Part shown: positions 1-10,307 of the stretch, in pieces
How positions within the stretch are numbered: position 1 is the first letter of the stretch
How the letters are laid out: each line of letters starts with the position of its first letter
Source of the DNA: Patellaria atrata CBS 101060
Taxonomy: Eukaryota
DNA: 39,278 nt
Direction: 5' to 3'
Assembly (NCBI GenBank): GCA_010093705.1
Contig: MU006116.1
Span: 223,424-262,701, forward strand
Notes under the pieces: generated by a model
What the model was told of the DNA's origin: nothing
Database searches by the model: none
Seen by the model: the letters and a program-made list of their open reading frames with translations, nothing else
Made by a program: the position numbers and the translations under genes

Positions 1-606
1 TTTGCGAATCCGTCGACTGATTTAGTGTGGAACCATACCCTGTATATGCCTTATGGCGAATCATACCTCGAACCCGATCCGAATATGGTTCCTACCGGCA
101 AAATCATCAAGGCTCCGAAAAACTCAACGAATGATTTCTGGAGCGAGCCTCATCAATTCGGCCGCGCCTTGAACAATTCCGACTTTGTCGGCAACTGTGG
201 AACGGCGTCAGGATGCGCAGGCTACAACAACCAATGGCTGATTAGGGGTAAGAAGCGGACCAAGCCTGTTGCAACCCTGCGCAGTGACTGGAGCGGAATT
301 TCGGCCAAGTTGAGCACAAATCAAGATGGTTTGGTCATCTACACTTGTTATTGGTTTGATGGCATGACCCCTGTAAAGAGTACTCAGGGTGTTCAAGGAC
401 AAGACAGGACGATTAAGAGCAGTGGATGTGTTGCTATTGAAGCTCATGATTGGGTGGATGGAATTAATCAGTGAGTATTATTCCGATGTGAATATGCATG
501 AATGCTAATGGTATCTAGCCCCGAGTGGAATAGAATGGATAAGCAAGTATTCGGTCCAGGACAATTGTACGAGTGGGACAGCACGTGGGCCTTCTCAGCT
601 TCCTAG
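1..606 (+). CDS. Aldose 1-epimerase (galactose mutarotase-like) family protein, 3' part only
   Basis: Frame is open from base 1 (FANPSTDLVWNHTL...). It carries mutarotase-like segments TNQDGLVIYTC and CVAIEAHDWVDGIN. Intron 471-518 (GTGAGT..GCTAAT..CTAG) joins to HPEWNRMDKQVFGPGQLYEWDSTWAFSAS*, stop 604-606. Confidence 0.85.
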
Positions 607-2019
607 ACGCGATGTAGAACCGCTCGTAACGTGTACGCTAAATACAAAAGGATTTTTTTTAAAAAAAATAAAAATATAAATGCAAGCACTGCATATATAC
701 TCTAATATCATACATTTGGCAGATAAGCTCGCTTATGTTATAACATGTACAGAGTAACAAATCTGCTAGAGCGAAAATCTGAAATGTAAGAGTATAGTAG
801 GTTTACGAGCCGCTGCAATACGAATATAGGTACTTCCGCGATCTCTTTCATTCTCGAAATTAAATTAGCCGTAATGTTCACCTTTTCATATGATATATCA
901 AGGTGTAAAATTTATAAGTTCAACTCTCCTGAAGTCAGAAAGCAAACATTTTCCAGCCATTATACATTGTAACATTCCCCTAGAAGCACCACTGTCAGGA
1001 TTGACTGAAAAGTGATATCTAACCCAAGATGAGACAACTTGCGCCCACACAGTGAGGCCCACGGAGAATGTTCTTCCAATTGCAGGAAGTGTCGATATCT
1101 GTGCCCGCAAGAGGTCTATCCAGGTCGGACAGATTCATGGCACGGGAGTTCAACAATAACTTTCCACCGTCCGTACGGGAAAGAGCTGACTCATCTGCAG
1201 CGAAGGAGCAGAGCCACACGGAGCCCTCTAGTAAGCAGCTCAGTAGTGAGAGCTACCTATACAGGATTCTTCTCCGCCGTCAAAAAGTGATACTCCTCGG
1301 GCTGAGGCTTAAGGTTATCTCAGTTTTCAGATTCTCTCCGAGGTGTGTCATCGTAGTCACGCTTTGCGCTCCTTTTAATCCGCGTTAACCGTATTTAAAT
1401 AACTATTAATACATTAAATTTAAGGTTACTATTATCAAGTTTTTAATTAATTAAAATATAACTAAATTTTTAGTAATTAATATTTTATAACAAGTTTTAA
1501 GATAAATAATATTGTTACTGACGGGAGATTTATACTTCTCTAAGCTGGAACCAGATAGGTATAAACACGCGCAAGGTTGCTCACAGGTGAGGACCTCCTT
1601 CCTAGAAGGGTAGGTTTCCGCTTCGTGATAGGACGTGCAAAGGTTGCACTTCGAGTTGACGATACAACTCGCTTCCCCTTAACTCTCTCTCAAAAGCTTC
1701 CACGGTAGAGACAAGTGATACTGTACGAACACAGTATAACAAAGGTGAGTTAAGTCAAAGATCGTAACATCCAGCCTTATAGTAAGATATGTGGGTAAGA
1801 AGAACTACGAAGAATCTAAATACATGCGTAAAGGAGCGTCCTTAAGTATTCCTTCCTCACAGTCCTATTTGATGTGCTCGATGCTCGCTGCTCGATACCC
1901 TTCGAGTCCTCCTTTGAAAGTAAACCACAGAGGGGAATGTTGAGGGAAGTGGAACTGAAAAGCAGAGGTATATTGCAAGAATCTTGATCATCCTTAGCTA
2001 GTGAGATGTAGACATGCAC

Positions 2020-2730
2020 ATTTATACCGAGTACATCTATATGATCTCATATGTATTCATTGTAAGTTAGCTTTGCTATATCATCCACTCTCATTGACTG
2101 ATATCTGCTCTTCCAGATTTTCCGAACGTTCTCCATAGTATGGCAGTAACTTATGATAAGTCAGTCAGGGTCACCAGTTTGAACTGTCTCTCTCTTGGTA
2201 TCAGCTTCGTTATCGGTCTACGAAGCTGTGCACCTTTCATTAAACGGGTAAGCTTCTTTACCATAGTGGTTGACTGAACGGGGCCTTTGAACCAACAATT
2301 CCTAGATCAACGTCTATCTAAAAGCTTGGTATTGTACAATACAATAACTCGTGACGTCCAGAGTTTACCCTCAGGTTCATTGCCCCGCAGACATCTTAAT
2401 CTATGACTGGAGACTCACTGTAGTGACGCACTAAATCTGGCCCAATATCGGCGCCCGATTGTTCGCGATGGGAAATAACATCGGCCTCTAGTGTGCCGAG
2501 ACGTACGTTGTTGACGCTTATACGGTGCACATAGCCAGCGCAACGAGTACGACATCCTTCGTGACAAACATGGCAAAGCTTCGGCATTTCCGTTATTCCC
2601 TCCAACCCTTTACGATAAGTTTGGACTGCACTGAGAATATTTTACTTGGGTTTGTGGGACTGGACTAGAGCATTGTGAGCTCCATTCTTCTGTGAATGCG
2701 GGGTCAGCGGTTGAGATTTAGAACACTTCC
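2020..2730 (+). pseudogene. Decayed MFS (DHA1-type) efflux transporter, C-terminal half
   Basis: Recognisable fragments: SLNCLSLGISFVIGL..APFIKR, RPEF, IWPNIGARLFAMG, ETYVVDAY..IASA, LFPPTLYDKFG and GQRLR. Introns at 2062-2116 and 2248-2305. Several stops and frameshifts. Confidence 0.75.
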
Positions 2731-3905
2731 TGCTGGGGATAAGCAATGGTTTCATTTTGAACTCATAATAGAAAAACCTGCACGGTTTTCAACTGGTATA
2801 CAGTGAGGGGCCCCCTCTAACTGTGTGGCCATGAGAGAATATCGTTCACGGAGTCTCATCTCCTCTGGTTCTCGAGTGAGTTAGCTTTTAGCTAAAATTA
2901 GAATGTTTCTTGCGTTCCCAGGTAAAGGTAGATGAGAATGTTCTGTGTCTCCTGAGAGACTGACTGAACTCTCGATTCTACTAGACAGTGAGTGATATCC
3001 CTTCCCCTACTACGACTGGCAGCCGCCTACCTCTATGCAATACGCTTATCAAACAAGTGCTGACAGTATGAACAGACCTCCATTAACTTCGCACTTGAGT
3101 CCTAGATATGGTTAGAAGCTGATCAGGTATGTCATAATTTTCATATAGTGCGCCCTAGAAAGGATAATCAGCAGTTATCATACTGAACGCTCAATCTCGA
3201 CTGTGAGGTTGAACTGCATATCGACCGTAGGCTACAGCCCCCAAATAGGCTCAAGCAAACCCAGTTGCGGTTATGGGGTCAGATGTCTTAGGGTTGTTAC
3301 CATGCTTCAAGCTCGACCTATCATAGGGGGGATGTTCCCAAATGCATGCTTGACCTGGCTGCAAAAGACCCGACCCCGCGTTCCCGTTCGCATTCAAGAT
3401 CCACCTCCACGGCACGTTGGGTAGATAGTCTTTTGTGGCGTTCAATACTGTGCTTTGCTTCGACGCCGGATTGCAAGGGAAAGCCCCTTGCGTTATATTC
3501 TTGAGAATTAAATTGGACCCAAAAATAGAAATTCTTCACCACTTCCTCATGTTCTGAAGCAAACAATAATATCTTATCATCCCTGGCAATTGGTCCGTGT
3601 CGAAATCGGTTCCCGAGACAAGATATTGTTCAGGTAGTGACGATTGAGACGATGAATATATGCCCTACGTGTATGCAATCAGCAGAAAGTGGAAGAGCTT
3701 TCAAAGTATGAAGCCATGGACGGTTACACTGAAAGAATGCACATCATGCAATCTACCATCGAGTACTGCCTGGAACCCAGAATATTTATATTTCATAAGT
3801 CCGCTTTATATTTCTGTTTTGTTTATTAACGCCCTCCTTTTGCAGCAGACATTGAGGATTTAAGTCGAACCAAAACATCGAGTCCAAGAACGTGAATCAT
3901 CCAAA

Positions 3906-4955
3906 ATGCGGTTTCTTGATTGGCTTATTGCTGCATCGTTTGCGGCGGCTTTACCTGCCGCTCAGTTGGTGAGATCGTCGGTTCTTGTAAGAGTTCTATT
4001 CATGTTCCCCTCAAGATGTCACGGCGCAAGTATAGGGTAGCTTATCCCCCTAGGTCAAACCACGAATAGTTTCGGCTGGGACTAAACTTCCTCTGCATGG
4101 AGAAATTGTACCTGTATGTAATGTAGCTCTACTTGCCAAAGGTTGTATTGCCGGAACTGACGGTACAAAATAGATCAAGGAGAGATGTTTAGACTCAGAG
4201 GATTCAGATAACTTCGTCCCAGTAGGTCTAACAGGCGCATACTGAGGTCCTGTATCTTACGACGACAATGTGGTAGATCAAAGCTCGTAACACCTTGGCG
4301 GAAGCCGATAGAAGTAAAAATGTCTCTTTACTAAGTGTGGATGAGAGTGGTGCCGTCCCTGTACGTACTTGTATCTTCGATCTATGGCGTTAATAACTGT
4401 GTGCATGGAGCTGATCGTATAGCTGTAGATCAAAAAGCGTTGTCTCGATACCGGAAGGTCGGATGATTTTGTACCGGTAAGTACATCGGTGCATGTGTCA
4501 AGGACAGGTATCTCATGACTGCACTGCGGTAGATCAAAGCTCGAAGTGATGTCGGAGGCGTTTCCTTGCTAAGTTTGGATGAGGACGGTGCGGTGCCAGT
4601 ACATAACCTCATTAGTAGTTGTTGGACAATTACAACTGACATTTCCGTAAGATCAAAACGAGGACCGAAGATAGTAGGGGGTCTCAACTAGTGAGTTTTC
4701 TTGCACCACTCAAATAAGCGAAGGTGGTAACAAAGCCTCTTCTAGTCTAAGGAGCGTTCTCCTTCGCCTTTGGACAGGGAATTTTGTGCCGGTATGTTAG
4801 GTTCGATATACCAGTAAAGGAATGAAGTTTGCTAAGGAGTCATAGATCAGCGTTCGCTCGGCCCAGTCTAAGGAAGGCAAGGATTTTGTCCCTGTACGTA
4901 AATTTCCAATAGTAGCCACGAAAGAGCTGGCCACTTACACATATTCTAGATCTAA
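3906..4955 (+). CDS. Secreted repeat-peptide precursor encoded by small phase-0 exons (one exon has a 1-nt frameshift)
   Basis: Exons 3906-3986, 4054-4113, 4174-4221, 4277-4360, 4429-4476, 4533-4598, 4652-4690, 4746-4791, 4846-4893 and 4950-4955. Nine GT-AG introns of 53-68 nt. Signal-peptide-like start MRFLDWLIAASFAAALPA; repeats of the form IKxR...VP. Confidence 0.75.
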
Positions 4956-5393
4956 AATATGTTCTTCGTCGTGGATTCCTATTATAGTAGGTTCTAAACT
5001 GGATGATTGTTATGGAGCGAGTGTTTACTCCGTAGAAAATACACATTTCTTTGTCACAGAAGCCGAGGACAGTTTCAGCGTGGGATATGGCGGTAGTTTT
5101 CTGATGGTAGATGAGTTTCCATTCTCTTGACATCATCTTCAACTATTTCAACCATCTACCCTTCAATCATATAATATAGGTTTATATCCTCCAGTTATAT
5201 TCAGATAGGAAGCTCTGAAAATTGGGCCTCGGACTCAGGAATATAATTAATCCGCCAGTTTCTTTCAGCAGAACTTGAACACTGAAGACGTAAATCAGAA
5301 CTATCGTATGTTGGTATATAAGGTATGGAGTACTGAACGTTTTGGAGCACCTACGTGATCACGAGGTTCGCGTCTGAGCCCGAGACTTACCCG

Positions 5394-5422
5394 ACTCGAC
5401 GCGTTTACCCAACGCGTCGAGT
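5394..5422. promoter_or_regulatory. Palindrome containing two MCB (ACGCGT) boxes upstream of the Pif1 helicase
   Basis: ACTCGACGCGTT-taccc-AACGCGTCGAGT, with 12-bp perfect arms. ACGCGT at 5399-5404 and 5412-5417, about 150 bp before the ATG at 5573. Confidence 0.6.
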
Positions 5423-5572
5423 TACTGCAACGCACTCTACCTTAATTTTTTATTCACAGATTACCATTATGTCCCCTTCAATTTAATACGACTTCAGGAT
5501 ACTAAAGATCTGTTTATCGAATCCTTTATTTATACTCAATATCTGCGACAATATCAATACTCAACATTTTTC

Positions 5573-7525
5573 ATGGACGACTTTCGTACTCATCGGAATC
5601 CTGTCCAAGTCCCTCCACTCGCTCGAAATCATTCCGGACAAGACTTGAAGAGAGATCGCTCTCAAGTCGATATTGGTACAGCGTACGATGCTTCATACAG
5701 CTTTAAACGGCGCTCGTGTAATTCTACACGTTCAGTTCCGAGGGAGGTAGAGGTGATTAGTCTCCTCTCATCAGACGAGGAAGATGAGTGTATTCCCTTA
5801 CCACACACCACTCTCCGATCATTCCGTGCTCAGATATCAGGCCAAGTACACGATATTACCTCGAGCCGAAAACCTTTGGGTGACATCAGCAATTTGGAAT
5901 CAGTACACAACTCCAGCCTGCCAGATGTGTCGCCGACATTGAAGACTGAAATTTACTTGTCTTCTAACGCCTCCCCTCGCGATCCAGCCGTTATACCAAC
6001 GGAGCCGAAACTGTGCAAAGAACAGCAGGATTTAGTGGACCTCATATCAAGCGGAAAGAACGTATTCTACACTGGATCTGCAGGGTGTGGAAAATCCACT
6101 GTCCTTAAAGCTTTCGTGAAGCGTCTGAGGAACGAAGGTAAACAAGTAAACATTATTGCACCTACTGGCCGGGCAGCGTTGGATATCAACGGGTCTACTA
6201 CTTGGACGTACGCTGGATGGACGCCGGATAGTCACAAGAAGGCGATCAAGAAACTACGGGAAGCAGCACACGGCAAATTCGTCATGAAACGGCTCAAGGC
6301 TACAGATGTTCTGGTCATTGATGAAATCTCTATGGTAGAAAATTTACATTTTGAACGTATCAACCACCTCATGAAAGAGGCTAGGCGTAGAGAGGACGCT
6401 TTCGGAGGCGTTCAGTTAGTCGTTACCGGTGACTTCTGCCAACTTCCTCCAGTTAAACCATTCCAACACTGCATCGAATGTGGGAGAGAACTGCAAGCCA
6501 ACCTAACTCAAACGGAGTATACTTGCGTAGAACATGGAAAATACTTTGACATCGATAAATGGGCCTTTAGGAGTAAAGCTTGGGGGGAGTGTCGCTTCGT
6601 CCACGTGAATCTGACAAATATTCATAGACAGAGCGACAAAGTTTTTATTGATCTTCTTCAGCGTTGTCGTCTAGGACTAAACCTCTCGCAGAAGGACGAA
6701 GATCTTCTCCTCAATCACCCCTCATCAACTGAGAATGCAGTGAAGCTGTATTCAACTCGGGAAGAAGTACGTCGGGTTAACCTAGAGGCATTTCAAAAGC
6801 TCCGAACTCCACCTATCCGTTACAGGTGTTACGATCACTTTAGGCACAATCCGGAGCACAAACATTTACGGTGGAAAACCGCGAGGAGCCCTTTCGATAA
6901 CTCATTAACTGCGCTCCAAGACCATCGATTCGATGCTTGGATTGAGGTGAAAGAGGGTATGTTAGTCGTATTACTAGTCAATCTCGACCTTCAAGCCGGT
7001 CTCGTCAATGGTAGCCAGGGCGTCATAGTTGGTTTTGAAGAGTACGACCCTGCAAAGCTCCCAAAGGCGCTTTCTGAATCCGAAAAACGGAGTAATGCTT
7101 CTATCCCTAATGTCCTCATTGGAGATCATGTTCATCTTCGCGAAACAAATATCCAAAGGTTCATTGACCAAGCAGATCGAAAAAAATGGCCAATTGTTCA
7201 TTTCGACAACGATGTGACTCGCACAATATATGCGGATTGTCGTGTGCATGAACTAGGCGACGAACTGCCGTATAGTCTGCTCTCGCGAACGCAGATTCCC
7301 TTGACAGCGGCATGGGCTATGACGATACACAAATCACAAGGTATGACTCTAAACAGAGTTGTCGTCAATTTGTCGAAGAACTTCGAAGAAGGTCAAATGT
7401 ATGTTGCGCTATCGAGAGCGCGGAGTCTTGAAGGACTGAAAGTTGAAGGATTGGGGAGTTGTATGGGTGGTGGGAATGAGCAGGTGAAGGAGTTTCTGAG
7501 GCAAAAGTTTGGAATAATGGGATAA
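5573..7525 (+). CDS. Pif1-family 5'-3' DNA helicase (650 aa, intronless)
   Basis: Motifs FYTGSAGCGKS, APTGRAA, LVIDEISMV, FGGVQLVVTGDFCQLPPV, HRQSD, GLVNGSQG, QIPLTAAWAMTIHKSQGMTL and GQMYVALSRA. Confidence 0.95.
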   Translation: MDDFRTHRNPVQVPPLARNHSGQDLKRDRSQVDIGTAYDASYSFKRRSCNSTRSVPREVEVISLLSSDEEDECIPLPHTTLRSFRAQISGQVHDITSSRKPLGDISNLESVHNSSLPDVSPTLKTEIYLSSNASPRDPAVIPTEPKLCKEQQDLVDLISSGKNVFYTGSAGCGKSTVLKAFVKRLRNEGKQVNIIAPTGRAALDINGSTTWTYAGWTPDSHKKAIKKLREAAHGKFVMKRLKATDVLVIDEISMVENLHFERINHLMKEARRREDAFGGVQLVVTGDFCQLPPVKPFQHCIECGRELQANLTQTEYTCVEHGKYFDIDKWAFRSKAWGECRFVHVNLTNIHRQSDKVFIDLLQRCRLGLNLSQKDEDLLLNHPSSTENAVKLYSTREEVRRVNLEAFQKLRTPPIRYRCYDHFRHNPEHKHLRWKTARSPFDNSLTALQDHRFDAWIEVKEGMLVVLLVNLDLQAGLVNGSQGVIVGFEEYDPAKLPKALSESEKRSNASIPNVLIGDHVHLRETNIQRFIDQADRKKWPIVHFDNDVTRTIYADCRVHELGDELPYSLLSRTQIPLTAAWAMTIHKSQGMTLNRVVVNLSKNFEEGQMYVALSRARSLEGLKVEGLGSCMGGGNEQVKEFLRQKFGIMG

Positions 7526-10307
7526 GATGGACAGACTATATTAGGGTTTTGCATATGTTGGGAAGGATGGTGAATTATTTTGGCTATGGAGTACTTACTA
7601 TCTCGAGTATCAAAAGAAATTTATCGCTAGGTGGACAGGGTCTATACTTACTATTGATTTCAGTTCATGCCCCAGGACAGGACTCTCTTGGGGAAGTTTC
7701 CCCTTTTCCTCGGTGACCCTGATTTCAATATTAGCTAACGTGTGGTCCATGGCTACTGATGGACTACGATTCTCACCATGATGGCTGCTCCCTCAACAAT
7801 ATCCTTCTCCATTTCTAGGTTCTACGATGAGATATCATCGACCTCACAACATACCCAAGACGACATCCCGCGTGATATATCGTCACTATGCGGACGCCTA
7901 CTATAAATCGAACGAAACGGTGGTAAACTGGTAATATTTTGATGTGTTTGCAACCCGATTCCCGAGGAATTGTTGGAGAAGATAGAAATACGACATACAG
8001 GAGAGATTGCTGTACAATAGGACCAGTTATGATTCGCGTTCCCCGGTCTCTACGACTTAAGGTAATCAAAAGAGCTAGGAAATATGCCAGTACGTCTTGC
8101 CAGATGCCTCTACTTGACGTGATGCCGGGAAATAAAATCAATTGCATGCATATTCTTAATATGCGGCGGAAGGGATGTTTTGTGTGGGGTAAAGACCAGG
8201 GAGTGATAGAGCATATTGACACTTTGCAACGACACAGCGTCCAAGGTCACAGCCATCTATGAGCGCATCGAGTCAAGTAGAGAAAATTAGAAGAAGCAGC
8301 TGATCAATCGTACTTCTACATCTCGCACTCGGCTAATATAGGAAACGGCATTCGTCCAGTAAACGCTCCTGGTTTTCCGGTTGATGTTGGATTGCTTGAA
8401 TATCATGAAGGAAGCATCTTCGCCCTGGGAAAAGGCGCAATTAATTAATATTCAAAGAGTTCTTTGGAACCCATCTTGCAAGGTTCACAGCACAATCCTC
8501 CTATCGAAGCATCGACGCTTTTCCTTTGTATTTGATTGATACCAGCACGCGTCTCATAATGGAGCTTTAAGAGTGGGATGGTGCCAGTCGTAACTCCATC
8601 CCAGTCGCACTGATATCCAAAAAGGCTATATTAAGAAGGTCAAAGTGGAGAATTCGAGGATTTCGGCTTTCGACAAATAAATACCCCTAAGAGCCGGCCC
8701 CGTCGCGATGGCGCCGGATCTAGCTCTGGCTTTCGAATACTGTACAGTACAATAATAATGGAAGCAGATTGACTGCTCCCAGTGTCTCTCGGGTTGTACT
8801 TTTATTCGCTCGAACCATGATTGACAATGGATGGAGATCTCAAGAGTCCAAACGGCCTTCTGTTTTAGAACTTCCTTCTACTATCGTCGATGGATCTAAA
8901 CTATCCCTCATTTGATTCGCTTGAAGCCCATTATTCGCTCTTCGCTATAAGGTTTCACGTATATCTCACAGTTCCCATACTGGAACTGGGACTCTCATCA
9001 GCACTACTAAAATCATGACATAGTTGTACAGAAACACAACCAGCGATGATGGCAACTTTTCGTCTCCCTTATTTGACCCAAGACTGTTGAGTCACTTCTA
9101 GATTCCCGCGATAGTCATTTGGTCCTTCGCTGTGGAACTTGCGAGCTGTGAGGTTCAGCCCTGAGCTTGCATGTGAATATCGACTTCGTGATCTTCTTGA
9201 ATTCTCATCACACTGGCATCATAACAAGACTTTAGAGGAATTTGATACTACAATGACGAGAATTCATTATAGAGATAACCGATCAAATGTCCGCTCCAAA
9301 CCCGACCATTATTATATTACGACCCTTACTCCAAAAGAGAATTTCCATGAATCATTTTCTTTCCATCCGCCCGTTTCCCCACAGACACTATTGAAAATAA
9401 GAATAAGTAGAGGCTCAAATGAACCAGGCCAGATCTCTTAGCCGTCTAATATCGAGTCCCGGTCAAGGGTTAGGCACAATATCTGCTGTACGATTCCTAG
9501 ACTTGTTCCATACTACGAAGCCGATTTGATGCGATCTTAACCTGGTAAAGAGGAGAAACGATTCCAGGGCTCTCTCGTGCTTATATTCCTTTTATTCCCA
9601 CACCACCAGCCCCAACAACGGTCTCGGTGGCGAGAGGACCTAGCGAGGACATGGTAATCAAGAGAATTCCACGAATTGCACTACTCGACGCAAGATACTA
9701 CTTATTGTTTTAGCTCTCAAACTTGGCTTTGTACGATTTGCGGAGTGCATCTCTTGGCTGCTCTTGATATGGGGTTGAGGTTTAGGCTATTCAATCCTTG
9801 AGTGCCGAGTGGCGACCGTTTTGTGTCTTGTATCAAACCACTGCCGCCGTTCCGCCGCTCCCCTTAACATCACTTTCTTCTTGAGCAGTTTAACACCAAA
9901 GTCTTATTATTATTACAGTAGTACATTTCCGCTCGCTTCAACCTGGATCCGCATAGGGGTTCAGAAGCGGCACACTTGGCAACAGATCATCCACTACAAG
10001 TACAGTACCGCTTAATCGGATAAATATTGGGTTGTTCAATATGAGCCAACGAGGAATCCTTCTAGAAGGCATAGATGCTAAGATCACCCAGTGAGGTTAA
10101 TTAAGATTAGCAAAGCTGTAAGGCTTGACCTGCTATTCGAATATATCTTATTAGTGTCCGGGGCATTGCTAATGAACACTCTATAGTGCAATATCAGATT
10201 GTATCAAAAAAAGAGACCCTCAGACGTACTCAGATGACACTGCGTGTGTATAAAAGCTCGTCTCCGACCAACTCCAAAGATGGGCCCTTTCAACAACTAT
10301 CGACAAG

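Noticed and set aside
653..668. T8-A8 palindrome
   Set aside because: Low-complexity 3'-UTR tract downstream of the epimerase.
4430..4687. Minus-strand ORF with repeated TGT motifs
   Set aside because: It is the antisense shadow of the VP|GTA exon-donor junctions; splice signals and the signal peptide support the plus strand.
4100..4950. CRISPR-like repeat-spacer array
   Set aside because: Eukaryotic context, and the repeats are degenerate and explained by exon/intron boundaries.
5573..7525. Pif1 ORF as a Helitron
   Set aside because: No Rep/HUH domain and no recognisable Helitron termini; MCB boxes point to a host gene.
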